A stretch of 32,000 nucleotides of DNA from Halalkalibacterium halodurans (lineage in GTDB: Bacteria > Bacillota > Bacilli > Bacillales > Bacillaceae_D), in NCBI RefSeq assembly GCF_004376175.1, contig NZ_SNUY01000003.1, positions 82,224-114,223 of the forward strand. Reading direction: 5' to 3'. A program made the position numbers and the translations under genes. The stretch's first letter is position 1; each line of letters begins with the position of its first letter. Of this stretch, positions 19,107 to 28,088 are shown piece by piece. The notes under the pieces are model-generated. The model was not told the origin of the DNA, did not search any database, and saw only the letters and a program-made list of their open reading frames with translations.

Positions 19107-19612
19107 GTGTCATTGTGATTCCGCGTCCTTTTCAAAGGGAGCCGTTTTTTCGGTCAGATGAGACAACCGTTGAACCAATGAAAGCTCCCTTTGAAAAGAT
19201 CATTCAGCAAGTGCCATTTTATTTTGATCTAGAGGGAGCTTTAGCACCGTGGAATGAGCGTGAGACGTATGTTCCACTGCTTTTCTCTGTGTGGCAGAAG
19301 CTTCTACCAATACTTGAAGCCTGTTATGAAGATCGAGATGTTCAGCGGGCGAAAGGACCGATGCTTTTAGCAACTGCAGCCTTTATTGATGCGTTATTTT
19401 GGACGAACGAACAGCCCGTAGAACGGCTGATCGGCGTTGAGGAAGATGCTAATGAGTTAGCCGTGAAGCCAGTCAACATTGAAGAGCGGCTCGCATTTTT
19501 ATTAGCCGCTCCGAACAAGTATCATTCCTTTGTTCAATTACGAGCGATGATGGATGAACTGCGAAAAATGTATGCAAAATCGGTAGCCCTAGCGAAGGTA
19601 AAAAAGAGATAG
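19103..19612 (+). CDS. ypoC: YpoC-family protein of unknown function
   Basis: ATG 19103 follows GGAGGGGGG and overlaps the nth stop (ATGA). Length of 169 aa and position after nth match B. subtilis ypoC. The track ORF starts at 19061. Confidence 0.7.
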   Translation: MSVIVIPRPFQREPFFRSDETTVEPMKAPFEKIIQQVPFYFDLEGALAPWNERETYVPLLFSVWQKLLPILEACYEDRDVQRAKGPMLLATAAFIDALFWTNEQPVERLIGVEEDANELAVKPVNIEERLAFLLAAPNKYHSFVQLRAMMDELRKMYAKSVALAKVKKR

Positions 19613-19645
19613 CTTTGTGTGGAAATCAAAAGGTGGTGGAGAGAG

Positions 19646-22600
19646 ATGCAGATGACAACGAGTCAACAAACGCGATCAGATGTGCTTACCTTTACGAGCG
19701 ACGAACAAAAACGCCGAGCGCTCATCGAAGAAAAACAAGCAAGTCATCGATATGACTTAGCTTTTTGTGGCCATTATTCCGCTGGAAAATCAACCATTTT
19801 AAACAGACTAATTGGTGCCGAGGTATTGCCGACAAGTCCGATTCCAACGAGTGCCAACATTATTAAAATCGCCCAAGGCCCTCTCGGGTTGAAAGTGGAA
19901 AAAAACAATGGGGAATTATCAACTTTTACAGGTGAAATCCCATGGGATCAAGTGCGGGAGTGGGGAATGAATGGAGAGGAGATCTCCAGTTTAACCCTCA
20001 CACTACCTCTCCCCTTTTTAAATGAGACGAGCTGTATTTTCGATACGCCCGGAGTTGATTCAACAGACCCAACCCATCAGGCCGTGACGACCGAACAGCT
20101 TTACACAACCGATGGGATCGTTTATGTCATGGACTACAACCATGTCCAATCGGAAACGAACCTCTATTTCCTCAAGCAATTATCGGATGAGAAAAAGCCA
20201 ATTGTGATCGTCATTAATCAAATTGATAAACACGATGAGCAAGAAGTTCCTTTTGCTACTTTTGATCAATCGGTAAAAGACGTGTTCAAAAAATGGGGCA
20301 TCGAGTTTGAAACCATTTATTATACAAGCATGAAAGTAGCTAACCATCCATTGAATCAGTTTTCGACGTTTGCGGAAGATGTGAAGAAGCGTCTGTATTA
20401 TAGTGATAGCCTGATTCCGTTCGCCAAACAAAGACTATGGCAAAGTTTTTATTATGGGATAGAACGCCGGCTTCGTGATGAATTAGAACAAACGATCGAA
20501 GCGATTCATGAAGAGATGAGCGCAAACGGCTATGACCCTGCCGTTTTAACAGAAAAGACCAAGCTGGAAGCGGAACGAGAGAAAGTTCTTCAACTGCCAC
20601 AAACGTTGTTGGCTAAAGGGGAACAAGAGGTGTCAAAACTTTTTCAAAACGTCACTTTGTTTCCGTTTACAACGACAGATTTGACTAGGGACTGGCTGGA
20701 GAGCGTTCAACCGTCGTATAAAGTGGGGCTTCTGTTCTCAAAAAAGAAAACAGAAGCCGAGCGCGCGAGCCGTTTGCAGAAAGCTGTAGCAGATCTTCAG
20801 GACAAAGTAAAAAGTCAATTAGAGTTCCATCTACATCGCCTGTTTCAAGAACAGATCGACTGGGAACGATTGACGAATAAAGAGGAAGTGGAACGTGCTA
20901 TTAGCGAAGTCCACTTCAAAGTAACACCAACGTTATTTATCGATCATGTCAAAATCGGGACGACGAGCCGGGAATATGTTTTTACGTTCACAAGTCAGCT
21001 CACTGATTTAATCTGTAAGCAGCTAAAAGCAAAAGCGCTTGTCGTTTTCCAGAAGCAGCAGGAAGGAATCAAGGCTCATGTTCACGAACAACTGGAGCAA
21101 CTAGAGGAAAAGCTTTCCACCCTTCAAAACGTCAAAAGCTATGTGGATAAAATCGAGGAAGCGGAGCGCTCTTTTCAAAAGCAAAAACAGCATCTCATGG
21201 AGGAAGCGGAACGCTATGACGATCAAGGACAATATGCAAAAGCATTAGCAGTGGTGAAGAATCAATCAAACGAGAGCATAATGAAAGAGGCAACGGCGTT
21301 TTATGGTATTCGCTTACCGAATAAAAGTGTCATTGCTGATGCTCTTGAAGAGCCTATAAAAGGACAGGATGTTGTCTTCCGTGAAGATGAGACGAAGGAA
21401 TGGATAGACCGATTGTACCAAGCGATCGAAAAGTACGACACAGACGGTCATCCGTTGCACCATGAGATGAAGAAGCTGCTGGAGCGAATGGAGCGTTACC
21501 ATCAACAGCAATACGTCGTTTCTCTGTTTGGTGCTTTTAGTGCGGGGAAATCTAGCTTCGCCAATGCGTTACTAGGGGAAGCGGTGCTACCGGTTTCACC
21601 GAATCCAACGACTGCTACCGTGACAACCGTTTGCAGGCCGACAGATCAATATGCTCATCGATCCGCTATCATTAAAATGAAAAATCGAGCAGATCTAGAC
21701 GAAGAAATTCAAGCCGTTGCAGATCAACTCGATTTAAAGCTCAGCTTGAAAAACATCCAGTCTTGGAAACCAAAACGGATGCAAGTGGCGACAAACCAAC
21801 AACGTTCGTACGTTAATTATTTATCGACTTTGCAAGCATCTCTCAAGGATCAAGAGTGGACCCTCGGGTCAGAGCAAGTGATTGATCTGGAGGAACTCGC
21901 ACTTTGGGTTGGGACAGAATCGCATGCGTGTCTCATTCAGGAAGTGACGTTGTACTATGATTGTGACTTAACGAGAGCAGGGGTTGTTCTCGTTGACACA
22001 CCTGGTGTTAATTCGATTCACGGCCGTCATACGAATGTGGCCTTTACCCAACTAAAAGAGTCGGATGCCATCTTTTATTTGACCTACTACAACCATTCGT
22101 TTTCTAAAGCAGATCAATATTTTTTACAGCAAATGGCGAAAATAAATGAGGCATTCCATGACGACAAGCTGTATTTTGTTATCAATGCAGCCGATTTGGC
22201 AGCTTCAGCCGAGGAGCTTGCAGGTGTCGTTTCCCATGTGAAACAGCAGTTGAAGGCCAATCATATGGAGTCACCACGCCTATTTTACGTCTCGAGCAAG
22301 CAGGCACTAGCCGCGAAAACGACAGGTGAGACATCCAATGAAGATGCGTCGTCGTTTCATCAATTTGAAACGATGTTTTATCAGCAGATGATCAATCAAT
22401 TAAAAAGGATCAGCGCTCAGCGAATTGTTGAAGAAGCGGCTCTTTTTTGCGCCAAGCTAGGGGACACGCTTGCCTTCCTTCAAAAGGAAGAAGGGGAGCG
22501 AAAAACGAGAAGACAAGAGGTTCAGCAAATAGTGGAAATGCTCCGTGATGAACTTTTAACTTTAGTACCAACACAATCGTTACGGGAAAGCGAGCAGGAA

Positions 22601-23263
22601 GTAGCGGAACTATTTCTTTATTTGCGGCAGCGACTACGCTATGTGTTAGCCGATGAGTTTTCTCAGTTTGTCAATGTTACGACCGTTACCGGAGCAAGCC
22701 GTAAGCAGCAAAAAGCAGCGCTAACATCGGCGATTCAAGCGTGGAAGCGAGAAGGGGAGCAATACGTTCGGCAAGAGCTTGCAGCGACAACCGTCCGTTT
22801 GGAAACGGTCATACAAGGAAGAATGACCAAGTGGCAGGAGCAAATCATCTATGATTGGAAACGAAGCTTGCCCCATTTGACCGTTGATGCCTATGAACAA
22901 GAAGTGAAGGTCATCGTCGATTCTGATGTCAAACTACTACTTGAGGTGACCAGTTATGAAGCGTTTTATCCGTCTGCTCGAAGCTTTTTTGAAGAGGGAG
23001 GGTTGAAACGATTAAAAGAAACATTAGTAGATGACATGCTTGAAGTTGCAACAAAACAATTAAAGGAAGCGGAATGGGAATATTCGAATGCGATCGTTCA
23101 AGCGGTTCATCAGGCAAGTGAAGACGTGAAAAAACAGCTGGATGATGGGCTGAATCGGGAAATAACGAGAATCGACTCACTCATGAGCAGTGAAATAAAG
23201 CGCGAGATTACAGAACAACGAGATCAACTGCAAACGTTAATAGACGAGAGTGTGCATTTGTGA
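19646..23263 (+). CDS. dynA: bacterial dynamin-like protein with two fused dynamin GTPase modules (DynA/YpbR type)
   Basis: There are two P-loops: GHYSAGKST (19769-19795) and GAFSAGKSS (21530-21556). Each is followed by a DTPGV(D/N)S G3 motif and a NQxD/NAAD G4-like motif. Long coiled-coil-rich stalk regions are present. Total length is about 1205 aa, close to the roughly 1190 aa of B. subtilis DynA. ATG 19646 follows AAGGTGGTGGAG. The track ORF starts at 19619. Confidence 0.85.
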   Translation: MQMTTSQQTRSDVLTFTSDEQKRRALIEEKQASHRYDLAFCGHYSAGKSTILNRLIGAEVLPTSPIPTSANIIKIAQGPLGLKVEKNNGELSTFTGEIPWDQVREWGMNGEEISSLTLTLPLPFLNETSCIFDTPGVDSTDPTHQAVTTEQLYTTDGIVYVMDYNHVQSETNLYFLKQLSDEKKPIVIVINQIDKHDEQEVPFATFDQSVKDVFKKWGIEFETIYYTSMKVANHPLNQFSTFAEDVKKRLYYSDSLIPFAKQRLWQSFYYGIERRLRDELEQTIEAIHEEMSANGYDPAVLTEKTKLEAEREKVLQLPQTLLAKGEQEVSKLFQNVTLFPFTTTDLTRDWLESVQPSYKVGLLFSKKKTEAERASRLQKAVADLQDKVKSQLEFHLHRLFQEQIDWERLTNKEEVERAISEVHFKVTPTLFIDHVKIGTTSREYVFTFTSQLTDLICKQLKAKALVVFQKQQEGIKAHVHEQLEQLEEKLSTLQNVKSYVDKIEEAERSFQKQKQHLMEEAERYDDQGQYAKALAVVKNQSNESIMKEATAFYGIRLPNKSVIADALEEPIKGQDVVFREDETKEWIDRLYQAIEKYDTDGHPLHHEMKKLLERMERYHQQQYVVSLFGAFSAGKSSFANALLGEAVLPVSPNPTTATVTTVCRPTDQYAHRSAIIKMKNRADLDEEIQAVADQLDLKLSLKNIQSWKPKRMQVATNQQRSYVNYLSTLQASLKDQEWTLGSEQVIDLEELALWVGTESHACLIQEVTLYYDCDLTRAGVVLVDTPGVNSIHGRHTNVAFTQLKESDAIFYLTYYNHSFSKADQYFLQQMAKINEAFHDDKLYFVINAADLAASAEELAGVVSHVKQQLKANHMESPRLFYVSSKQALAAKTTGETSNEDASSFHQFETMFYQQMINQLKRISAQRIVEEAALFCAKLGDTLAFLQKEEGERKTRRQEVQQIVEMLRDELLTLVPTQSLRESEQEVAELFLYLRQRLRYVLADEFSQFVNVTTVTGASRKQQKAALTSAIQAWKREGEQYVRQELAATTVRLETVIQGRMTKWQEQIIYDWKRSLPHLTVDAYEQEVKVIVDSDVKLLLEVTSYEAFYPSARSFFEEGGLKRLKETLVDDMLEVATKQLKEAEWEYSNAIVQAVHQASEDVKKQLDDGLNREITRIDSLMSSEIKREITEQRDQLQTLIDESVHL

Positions 23264-23267
23264 CATT

Positions 23268-23304
23268 GAAAAAAACGGCTGCCATCCTGGCGAGCCGTTT
23301 TTTC
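23268..23304. terminator. bidirectional intrinsic terminator shared by convergent dynA and ponA
   Basis: AAAAAAACGGCTGCC-ATCCT-GGCGAGCCGTTTTTT is a 10-bp stem with one bulge, an A-tract 5' and a T-tract 3'. It fills the whole 44-nt gap between the two stop codons. Confidence 0.85.
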
Positions 23305-23307
23305 GCG

Positions 23308-25968
23308 CTATTCCGTTTCTCCGTCCTGTTGTTCATCGTTTGGAGGGTTCGTAGCAGGTGGATCTGTTTCATCATCGTCATTGTCGTCATCATTGTCATT
23401 CGGTCGTCCGTCATTACCTGGACGGTTGTTATTTCCATTGCCATTGCCATTGCCGTTCCCGTTGTTGTTACCTTCATTTCCGTTGTTTTGATCATTTCCT
23501 TGATCAGGGTCCTCTTCTTCGTTGCCGTCCTGTTGCTCTTCCTCGTCAGGCTCTGTCATTTCTTCCTCATCTGGCTCTTCTTCTTCTCCGCTTGGAACGG
23601 TTACTTTGACTTCGGCAGAGTTGCTTGTCACATTAGAATCGCTATCAGAGACGGCAGTGACACGGAAACGATAGGTCGTGCCTGGGGTTACGTCATCAAC
23701 GATAAATTGCATATCTTTGGTCGTGTCGATCGTGTTAAAGCCACCATCGCCAACGGCCATTTCTAAACGGAAGGATACCTCATCGAGCTTAGACGCATCA
23801 TATTCCCAGCTACCGATAATTTGTCCTGTTGCTTCATTGTAGTTTGCTGTCAGGTTTGATGGTCCTGACAGACGATCAAATTGTTCAGACACCCGGGTCG
23901 GTTCCGTTCCACGGACGAATAGCTCGTAAACAATTTCGCTTTGAGGCGTATGACTGCTCGGTAATAATCCCGTGCTTTTTTCAATGCCAATACGGACAAC
24001 GGAGTTCGGCATTTCAAAGTCAGGGGTTTCTACTTTACTTGATACTTCTTCCATGACAGCTTTAAATATCTGCATGGCGATCCGTTGTTCCTCTTGACTT
24101 AGTAAATAGTTTTCCTCACCGAACTCAGTGAATCCAGTCCAAACAGCAGCTGTATACCGTGTCGTATAGCCTGCAAACCAACGGTCTGGAACAGCTCCAC
24201 TAGGGAGGCCATATTTTTGCTGGATCTCTCGATCAAAGTTCGTTGTCCCCGTCTTACCTGCGAGAGGAAGACCTGGAATACTTGCGACTGTACCTGTTCC
24301 TGATTCAACAGCTGTTTTCAACATGTCAGAGATCATATAGGCCGTATAATCGCTCATCGCCTGTGTTGATTCTGGCGTAGTGTCAATGACGCGGCCGTCA
24401 GGGAATTCAATTTTACGAACAGTGTGTGGTTCGATATATTTTCCTCCGTTACCAAACGCCGCATAAGCACCAGCCATATCAAGGGTCGATACGCCTGTGT
24501 TAAACCCGCCTAACCCATAGGATTCATGCATTGGCTTTTGATCGATTTCGACGCCGATGCTTTCAGCAAATTCTGCTGCGCGCTCAACGCCTACTTCCTG
24601 CAATGCTTTAATCGCAGGAACATTGCGTGATTCAGCGAGCGCCTGTCGCATCGTCATGTTTCCTTTATACGCGCCATCAAAGTTTTTAAATTCCACTCCA
24701 TTACTGTACTGATGCGGTTCGTCTTTAATGATTCGACCAGTCGACCATTGTAAATACTCAATCACTGGCCCATAGTCAAGAATCGGCTTAATTGTAGAAC
24801 CTGGCTGACGTTTAATATCGGTTGCGTAGTTAAATCCACGTTGCACATTTGTATTTTCACGACCGCTACCGATCGCTTTAATTTCACCTGTTTGTGTGTC
24901 CACGAGGGTAATACCCGCTTGGAAGTCTTCTTTGTTCGGATACGTTTGAATAAACTCATCGGTTTGCAAGACTTTTTCTACGTGTTGCTGCGCTTCTGTG
25001 TCGAGCGTAGTGTAGATTTTAAGACCTGCATTGTACAAATCGTTAACGCTGATGCCTTCCATTTCCTCGACTTCTTTATGCACTTGGTTATAAAAGGCTT
25101 CAAATGGATAAGATTCTCGCTCTTGAACGTTTAACTGTTCAGCAATCGGAATCGAACGAGCCGCTTCAGCTTCCTCTGCTGTAATTTTTCCTTGATCCTC
25201 CATCATCGAGATGACAAGGTTCCGACGGCTTTCTGCGTTTTCAGGGTTGACGACCGGGTCATAAAAGCTTGGCCGACGCGGAATCGCTGCAAGCAAAGCT
25301 GCATCAGCAAGGGAGAACGAGTCGTCTGTGATCGATTTCCCGAAATAATATTGAGACGCTTGCTCCACCCCGTATACCCCTTGTCCGAGATAGATTTGAT
25401 TTAAATACATCTCAAGAATTTGGTTTTTCGAATATTGTTGTTCGAGCTTAACCGCTAAATATTGTTCCTGAATTTTACGTGTAAGTGATTTTTCGTTCGT
25501 TAAAAAAACGTTTTTGACGAGCTGCTGGGTGATCGTACTAGCCCCTTCAGCGCCAAAGCCGCTCGTAATGTTCGCAGCGATCGCTCCACCAATACGGCGA
25601 AGGTCAATCCCGAAGTGATCGCGGAATCGAACGTCCTCGACGGAGATGAATGCTTCCTCAAGCTCCTCTGGAATGTCTTGATAGTTGACTAGGATTCGGC
25701 GCTCAGATGTGTCTAATTGGGAAACAAACTCATCTGATTGATCAAAAATTTGCGCTCCTTGTGGAAATTGAAGCTTTTCAGGATCAATTTCCGGCGATTG
25801 TGCGATGATGGCAAAGACGGTAATACCGCCTGCAAGCATGATCGCTCCAAAAAGAAGGATAAACGCAATAAACAGCTTTTTCAATATTCCTCTTTTCGGC
25901 TTGCGGCGATCGTTCTTTTTCTTTTTCGCTTGTCGCCGCCCTTGTCTTGTATTTGCTTCATTTGACAT
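23308..25968 (-). CDS. ponA: class A penicillin-binding protein 1A/1B (glycosyltransferase + transpeptidase) with FN3-like domain and disordered acidic/Asn-Gly tail
   Basis: It has an N-terminal basic stretch and TM helix. GT51 motifs are present (EDVRFRDHFGID; GASTITQQLVKN). Transpeptidase motifs are SxxK (QPGSTIKP), SRN and KTGTT. Synteny downstream of recU is conserved. Confidence 0.95.
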   Translation of the reverse strand: MSNEANTRQGRRQAKKKKNDRRKPKRGILKKLFIAFILLFGAIMLAGGITVFAIIAQSPEIDPEKLQFPQGAQIFDQSDEFVSQLDTSERRILVNYQDIPEELEEAFISVEDVRFRDHFGIDLRRIGGAIAANITSGFGAEGASTITQQLVKNVFLTNEKSLTRKIQEQYLAVKLEQQYSKNQILEMYLNQIYLGQGVYGVEQASQYYFGKSITDDSFSLADAALLAAIPRRPSFYDPVVNPENAESRRNLVISMMEDQGKITAEEAEAARSIPIAEQLNVQERESYPFEAFYNQVHKEVEEMEGISVNDLYNAGLKIYTTLDTEAQQHVEKVLQTDEFIQTYPNKEDFQAGITLVDTQTGEIKAIGSGRENTNVQRGFNYATDIKRQPGSTIKPILDYGPVIEYLQWSTGRIIKDEPHQYSNGVEFKNFDGAYKGNMTMRQALAESRNVPAIKALQEVGVERAAEFAESIGVEIDQKPMHESYGLGGFNTGVSTLDMAGAYAAFGNGGKYIEPHTVRKIEFPDGRVIDTTPESTQAMSDYTAYMISDMLKTAVESGTGTVASIPGLPLAGKTGTTNFDREIQQKYGLPSGAVPDRWFAGYTTRYTAAVWTGFTEFGEENYLLSQEEQRIAMQIFKAVMEEVSSKVETPDFEMPNSVVRIGIEKSTGLLPSSHTPQSEIVYELFVRGTEPTRVSEQFDRLSGPSNLTANYNEATGQIIGSWEYDASKLDEVSFRLEMAVGDGGFNTIDTTKDMQFIVDDVTPGTTYRFRVTAVSDSDSNVTSNSAEVKVTVPSGEEEEPDEEEMTEPDEEEQQDGNEEEDPDQGNDQNNGNEGNNNGNGNGNGNGNNNRPGNDGRPNDNDDDNDDDETDPPATNPPNDEQQDGETE
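23311..23600 (-). repeat. low-complexity coding repeat encoding the PBP1 C-terminal tail
   Basis: It encodes ...EEEEPDEEEMTEPDEEEQQDGNEEEDPDQGNDQNNGNEGNNNGNGNGNGNGNNNRPGNDGRPNDNDDDNDDDETD... The DNA contains (ATTGCC)x3 at about 23436-23455 and GTCATC/GTCATT runs. Confidence 0.8.
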
Positions 25969-25995
25969 GATTGACTCTCCCTTTCTCCTAAAAAC

Positions 25996-26595
25996 TTATG
26001 AGAAGTACACTTGATCAACCACATGTAAATAATCAACACGTGGATGATATCCTATTTTAATTAAATGTCCGTAACTGTCAATATAGGACTTTGGAATGGA
26101 TTTCCGCTTCGTTTCTTTCGTTTCAAAAGCCTTTATAACATGGGACGCGTCGAGAAGATAGGTTTCATCAAACGTTGTAAATCTTACGATAACAAAGCAG
26201 ATCCCATCTTGGGCGAGCACTTTTTTCATATGTTCCATTTGATGCTCATGAAAGTTTTGAATCGGAAAGGATGTTTTATTCCGTGTTTCTTTCGCTTCGA
26301 AATCAAGATACTTTCCGCGGTATACACCGTTGTAATCCGTTGTTGACGGCTGTTTAAAGTAGGCTTCTTTGATGACAGCCGCACTTCGCTTTGGATAATC
26401 GACGTTGACGATTTGAACAGGCGTCGGCTTTTTATGGATAACCGCTCGGCCATGGGTTAAATAGTAGCTGTTTGTTTCGTTAATGTCGGATTCGAGCGTC
26501 ATGCCGCGATTGCTATAATCGATTTTTTTTCGTTTATGAGTCGAAGAAGCTTTAGCCGGCTGAAACGGTCTTCCGTTCGGATAACGAATCGTCAA
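25996..26595 (-). CDS. recU: Holliday junction resolvase RecU
   Basis: (L)[10 protein letters not shown]...[78 protein letters not shown] is collinear with B. subtilis RecU (MIRYPNGK...). A TTG start at 26595 follows GGTGAT. The track ORF extends to 26685, and that extension has no homologous N-terminus. Confidence 0.9.
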   Translation of the reverse strand: MTIRYPNGRPFQPAKASSTHKRKKIDYSNRGMTLESDINETNSYYLTHGRAVIHKKPTPVQIVNVDYPKRSAAVIKEAYFKQPSTTDYNGVYRGKYLDFEAKETRNKTSFPIQNFHEHQMEHMKKVLAQDGICFVIVRFTTFDETYLLDASHVIKAFETKETKRKSIPKSYIDSYGHLIKIGYHPRVDYLHVVDQVYFS

Positions 26596-26745
26596 AAGGA
26601 TCACCAACCTTTCTGAAACAGCTTCATGCATGAAATGATGGCTATATGCACACACTAAGACCATCAATCTTATATATTCTATCACATTTAATCGGCAAAT
26701 CTTGTCGATAATCTTGAAACTTTATGGCGAAAAAAGGAGAAGCCG

Positions 26746-27729
26746 ATGAATTCATGCTGCAAAGATTGGATCATCCGTGTCATTCGCGAAGAAACGGAAT
26801 ACTTGAACGCTGATAATGTGAGCCGGACGATGGCTTATCAACGCTTTTTTCAAAAGTATCCTGAAATTCGCTGGGCGTTTTTAGCTAGTATGGTGTCGCG
26901 AAATGCTGGCTATCATATGACGGATTTAGAAAGCAAATGGTTTCAATTTCTTTTAAATCCGTTGATCCGAAAGCAATTATTTCTTACATACGAACGAGCC
27001 AACTGGGCGATTTTCCGCGATGCTTATCCGCAATTAATGATTTATGAATGGTCAAAACGGTGGGGGCAACCTTTTTTTCATTGGTTAAAAGAGTTTCAAG
27101 TGTCACCTTTCATGATGAAAGAGTGGAGACATTTTTGGCGACAAGGAAACATGGATCGTCTCTGTGCAGCGCTCATCATAAACGAACAAAATGTGATACA
27201 AAAACCGGTCATTGAAGAACCTTCGCTTAAGAAAGCGGTCTTTCGTCGTCTTCCCTTCTATTTACAGGAGCTTGGACACTTCGGACATGTCTTATTGCCA
27301 ACGAAGGATGGGTCGTTATTCGGTCTTTATACTCGCCAATTTCAAAAGGTTGATGCGCGAATCTGGTTAGGGAAGAAGTTGGCGGGACTATTGTTTCATC
27401 CTGAAGTTTATTCAGGCGTTGCGGCCTTTGCTTTTTCAACGGAGCATACAGGGTCTCGCGGTGACTATTTACGCTACGGTTCATGGAATTCAGGCAATAC
27501 GAGCCCACTTCTACGACTCACGTATCCAATCATCTCCCATCAATCGGCCACTTCAAGCAGATGGAATGCGACAGTGAAAGATCTCAATAAATGGATGGCG
27601 CCGATTGGGGTCACGAAACCTATTGACCATATGCCGTGGGTGAAGAAAAAACAGACCGAGCTGTTTCTTCTTTATTCTGTTAAAAAGAAACTAAGGCATG
27701 TAATCCCTTATGAAACAAGCCCCCATTAA
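26746..27729 (+). CDS. yppC: YppC-family protein (DUF2515)
   Basis: The ORF is 327 aa with SD AAGGAG. It is divergent from recU exactly as B. subtilis yppC is. The Trp/Arg-rich sequence (MVSRNAGYHMTDL...) is consistent with DUF2515, recalled from memory. Confidence 0.65.
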   Translation: MNSCCKDWIIRVIREETEYLNADNVSRTMAYQRFFQKYPEIRWAFLASMVSRNAGYHMTDLESKWFQFLLNPLIRKQLFLTYERANWAIFRDAYPQLMIYEWSKRWGQPFFHWLKEFQVSPFMMKEWRHFWRQGNMDRLCAALIINEQNVIQKPVIEEPSLKKAVFRRLPFYLQELGHFGHVLLPTKDGSLFGLYTRQFQKVDARIWLGKKLAGLLFHPEVYSGVAAFAFSTEHTGSRGDYLRYGSWNSGNTSPLLRLTYPIISHQSATSSRWNATVKDLNKWMAPIGVTKPIDHMPWVKKKQTELFLLYSVKKKLRHVIPYETSPH

Positions 27730-27765
27730 GCCTATCAGCTGGCTTAAAAAGGGGCTTGTTTTTAC
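27713..27765. terminator. bidirectional terminator between yppC and sspM
   Basis: AAACAAGCCCC-(27 nt containing the inner hairpin AAGCC/GGCTT)-GGGGCTTGTTTTT. Confidence 0.6.
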
Positions 27766-27878
27766 TCTGCTGGTCGATTTGGTCCTGTCAATTTTTTATC
27801 ACCGTATCCGGGAGCTTGTTTGTTCTGTTGGGAATCCGGTGCTTTATCCTGACGTTGTCCTGTTTGGCGCTGAGCCAT
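27762..27878 (-). CDS. sspM: small acid-soluble spore protein, SspM-like (38 aa)
   Basis: It is hidden in the 3' end of the spurious 162-aa track ORF 27762..28250. ATG 27878 is preceded by GGAGGTGAAGGAG. The protein is MAQRQTGQRQDKAPDSQQNKQAPGYGDKKLTGPNRPAE. The C-terminal KKLxGPNRP matches my memory of B. subtilis SspM (...DKKLGGPNRPST), and sspM lies next to yppC there. A CATACTA -10-like element sits at 27909-27915 (minus). Confidence 0.6.
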   Translation of the reverse strand: MAQRQTGQRQDKAPDSQQNKQAPGYGDKKLTGPNRPAE

Positions 27879-28088
27879 CTCCTTCACCTCCAGTCCTAAG
27901 GTTGGTGTTAGTATGAGCCTTTCTGACAAAAACAAACAAAGATGCGGAAAATCCTCAATTTCTTTACGTACATTCGTCGATTCCCACTTTCTTTGCCGAA
28001 TGATTACTAGTTTTGTCAACGAGACAGGGATCTGCCTGTTCATTAAGAATAAATTTAGCAACGAATTGTTTGTAGGAGGGATTTTTTT

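Noticed and set aside
23430-23460. Short tandem hexamer repeats (ATTGCC x3) considered as a CRISPR, VNTR or contingency locus
   Set aside because: They are in frame inside ponA and encode GNGNGN. They are far too short and lack spacers. This is a coding low-complexity repeat, not an array.
23260-23766. 168-aa plus-strand ORF (plus 23358-23609 and the 23208-23495 minus-frame ORF) rich in I/V/F or H/C
   Set aside because: It lies antisense to, or out of frame with, the repeat-encoded low-complexity tail of ponA. It has no SD, and its composition is the mirror of the GAx/AAT repeats. It is an artefact of low-complexity DNA.
28020-28075. Sigma-H promoter for the racA-like gene (AAGAAT ... GAAT)
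   Set aside because: A GAAT -10-like element is present. The spacing to the best AGGA-like -35 (about 8 nt) does not fit the 11-12 nt expected, so no promoter call was made.
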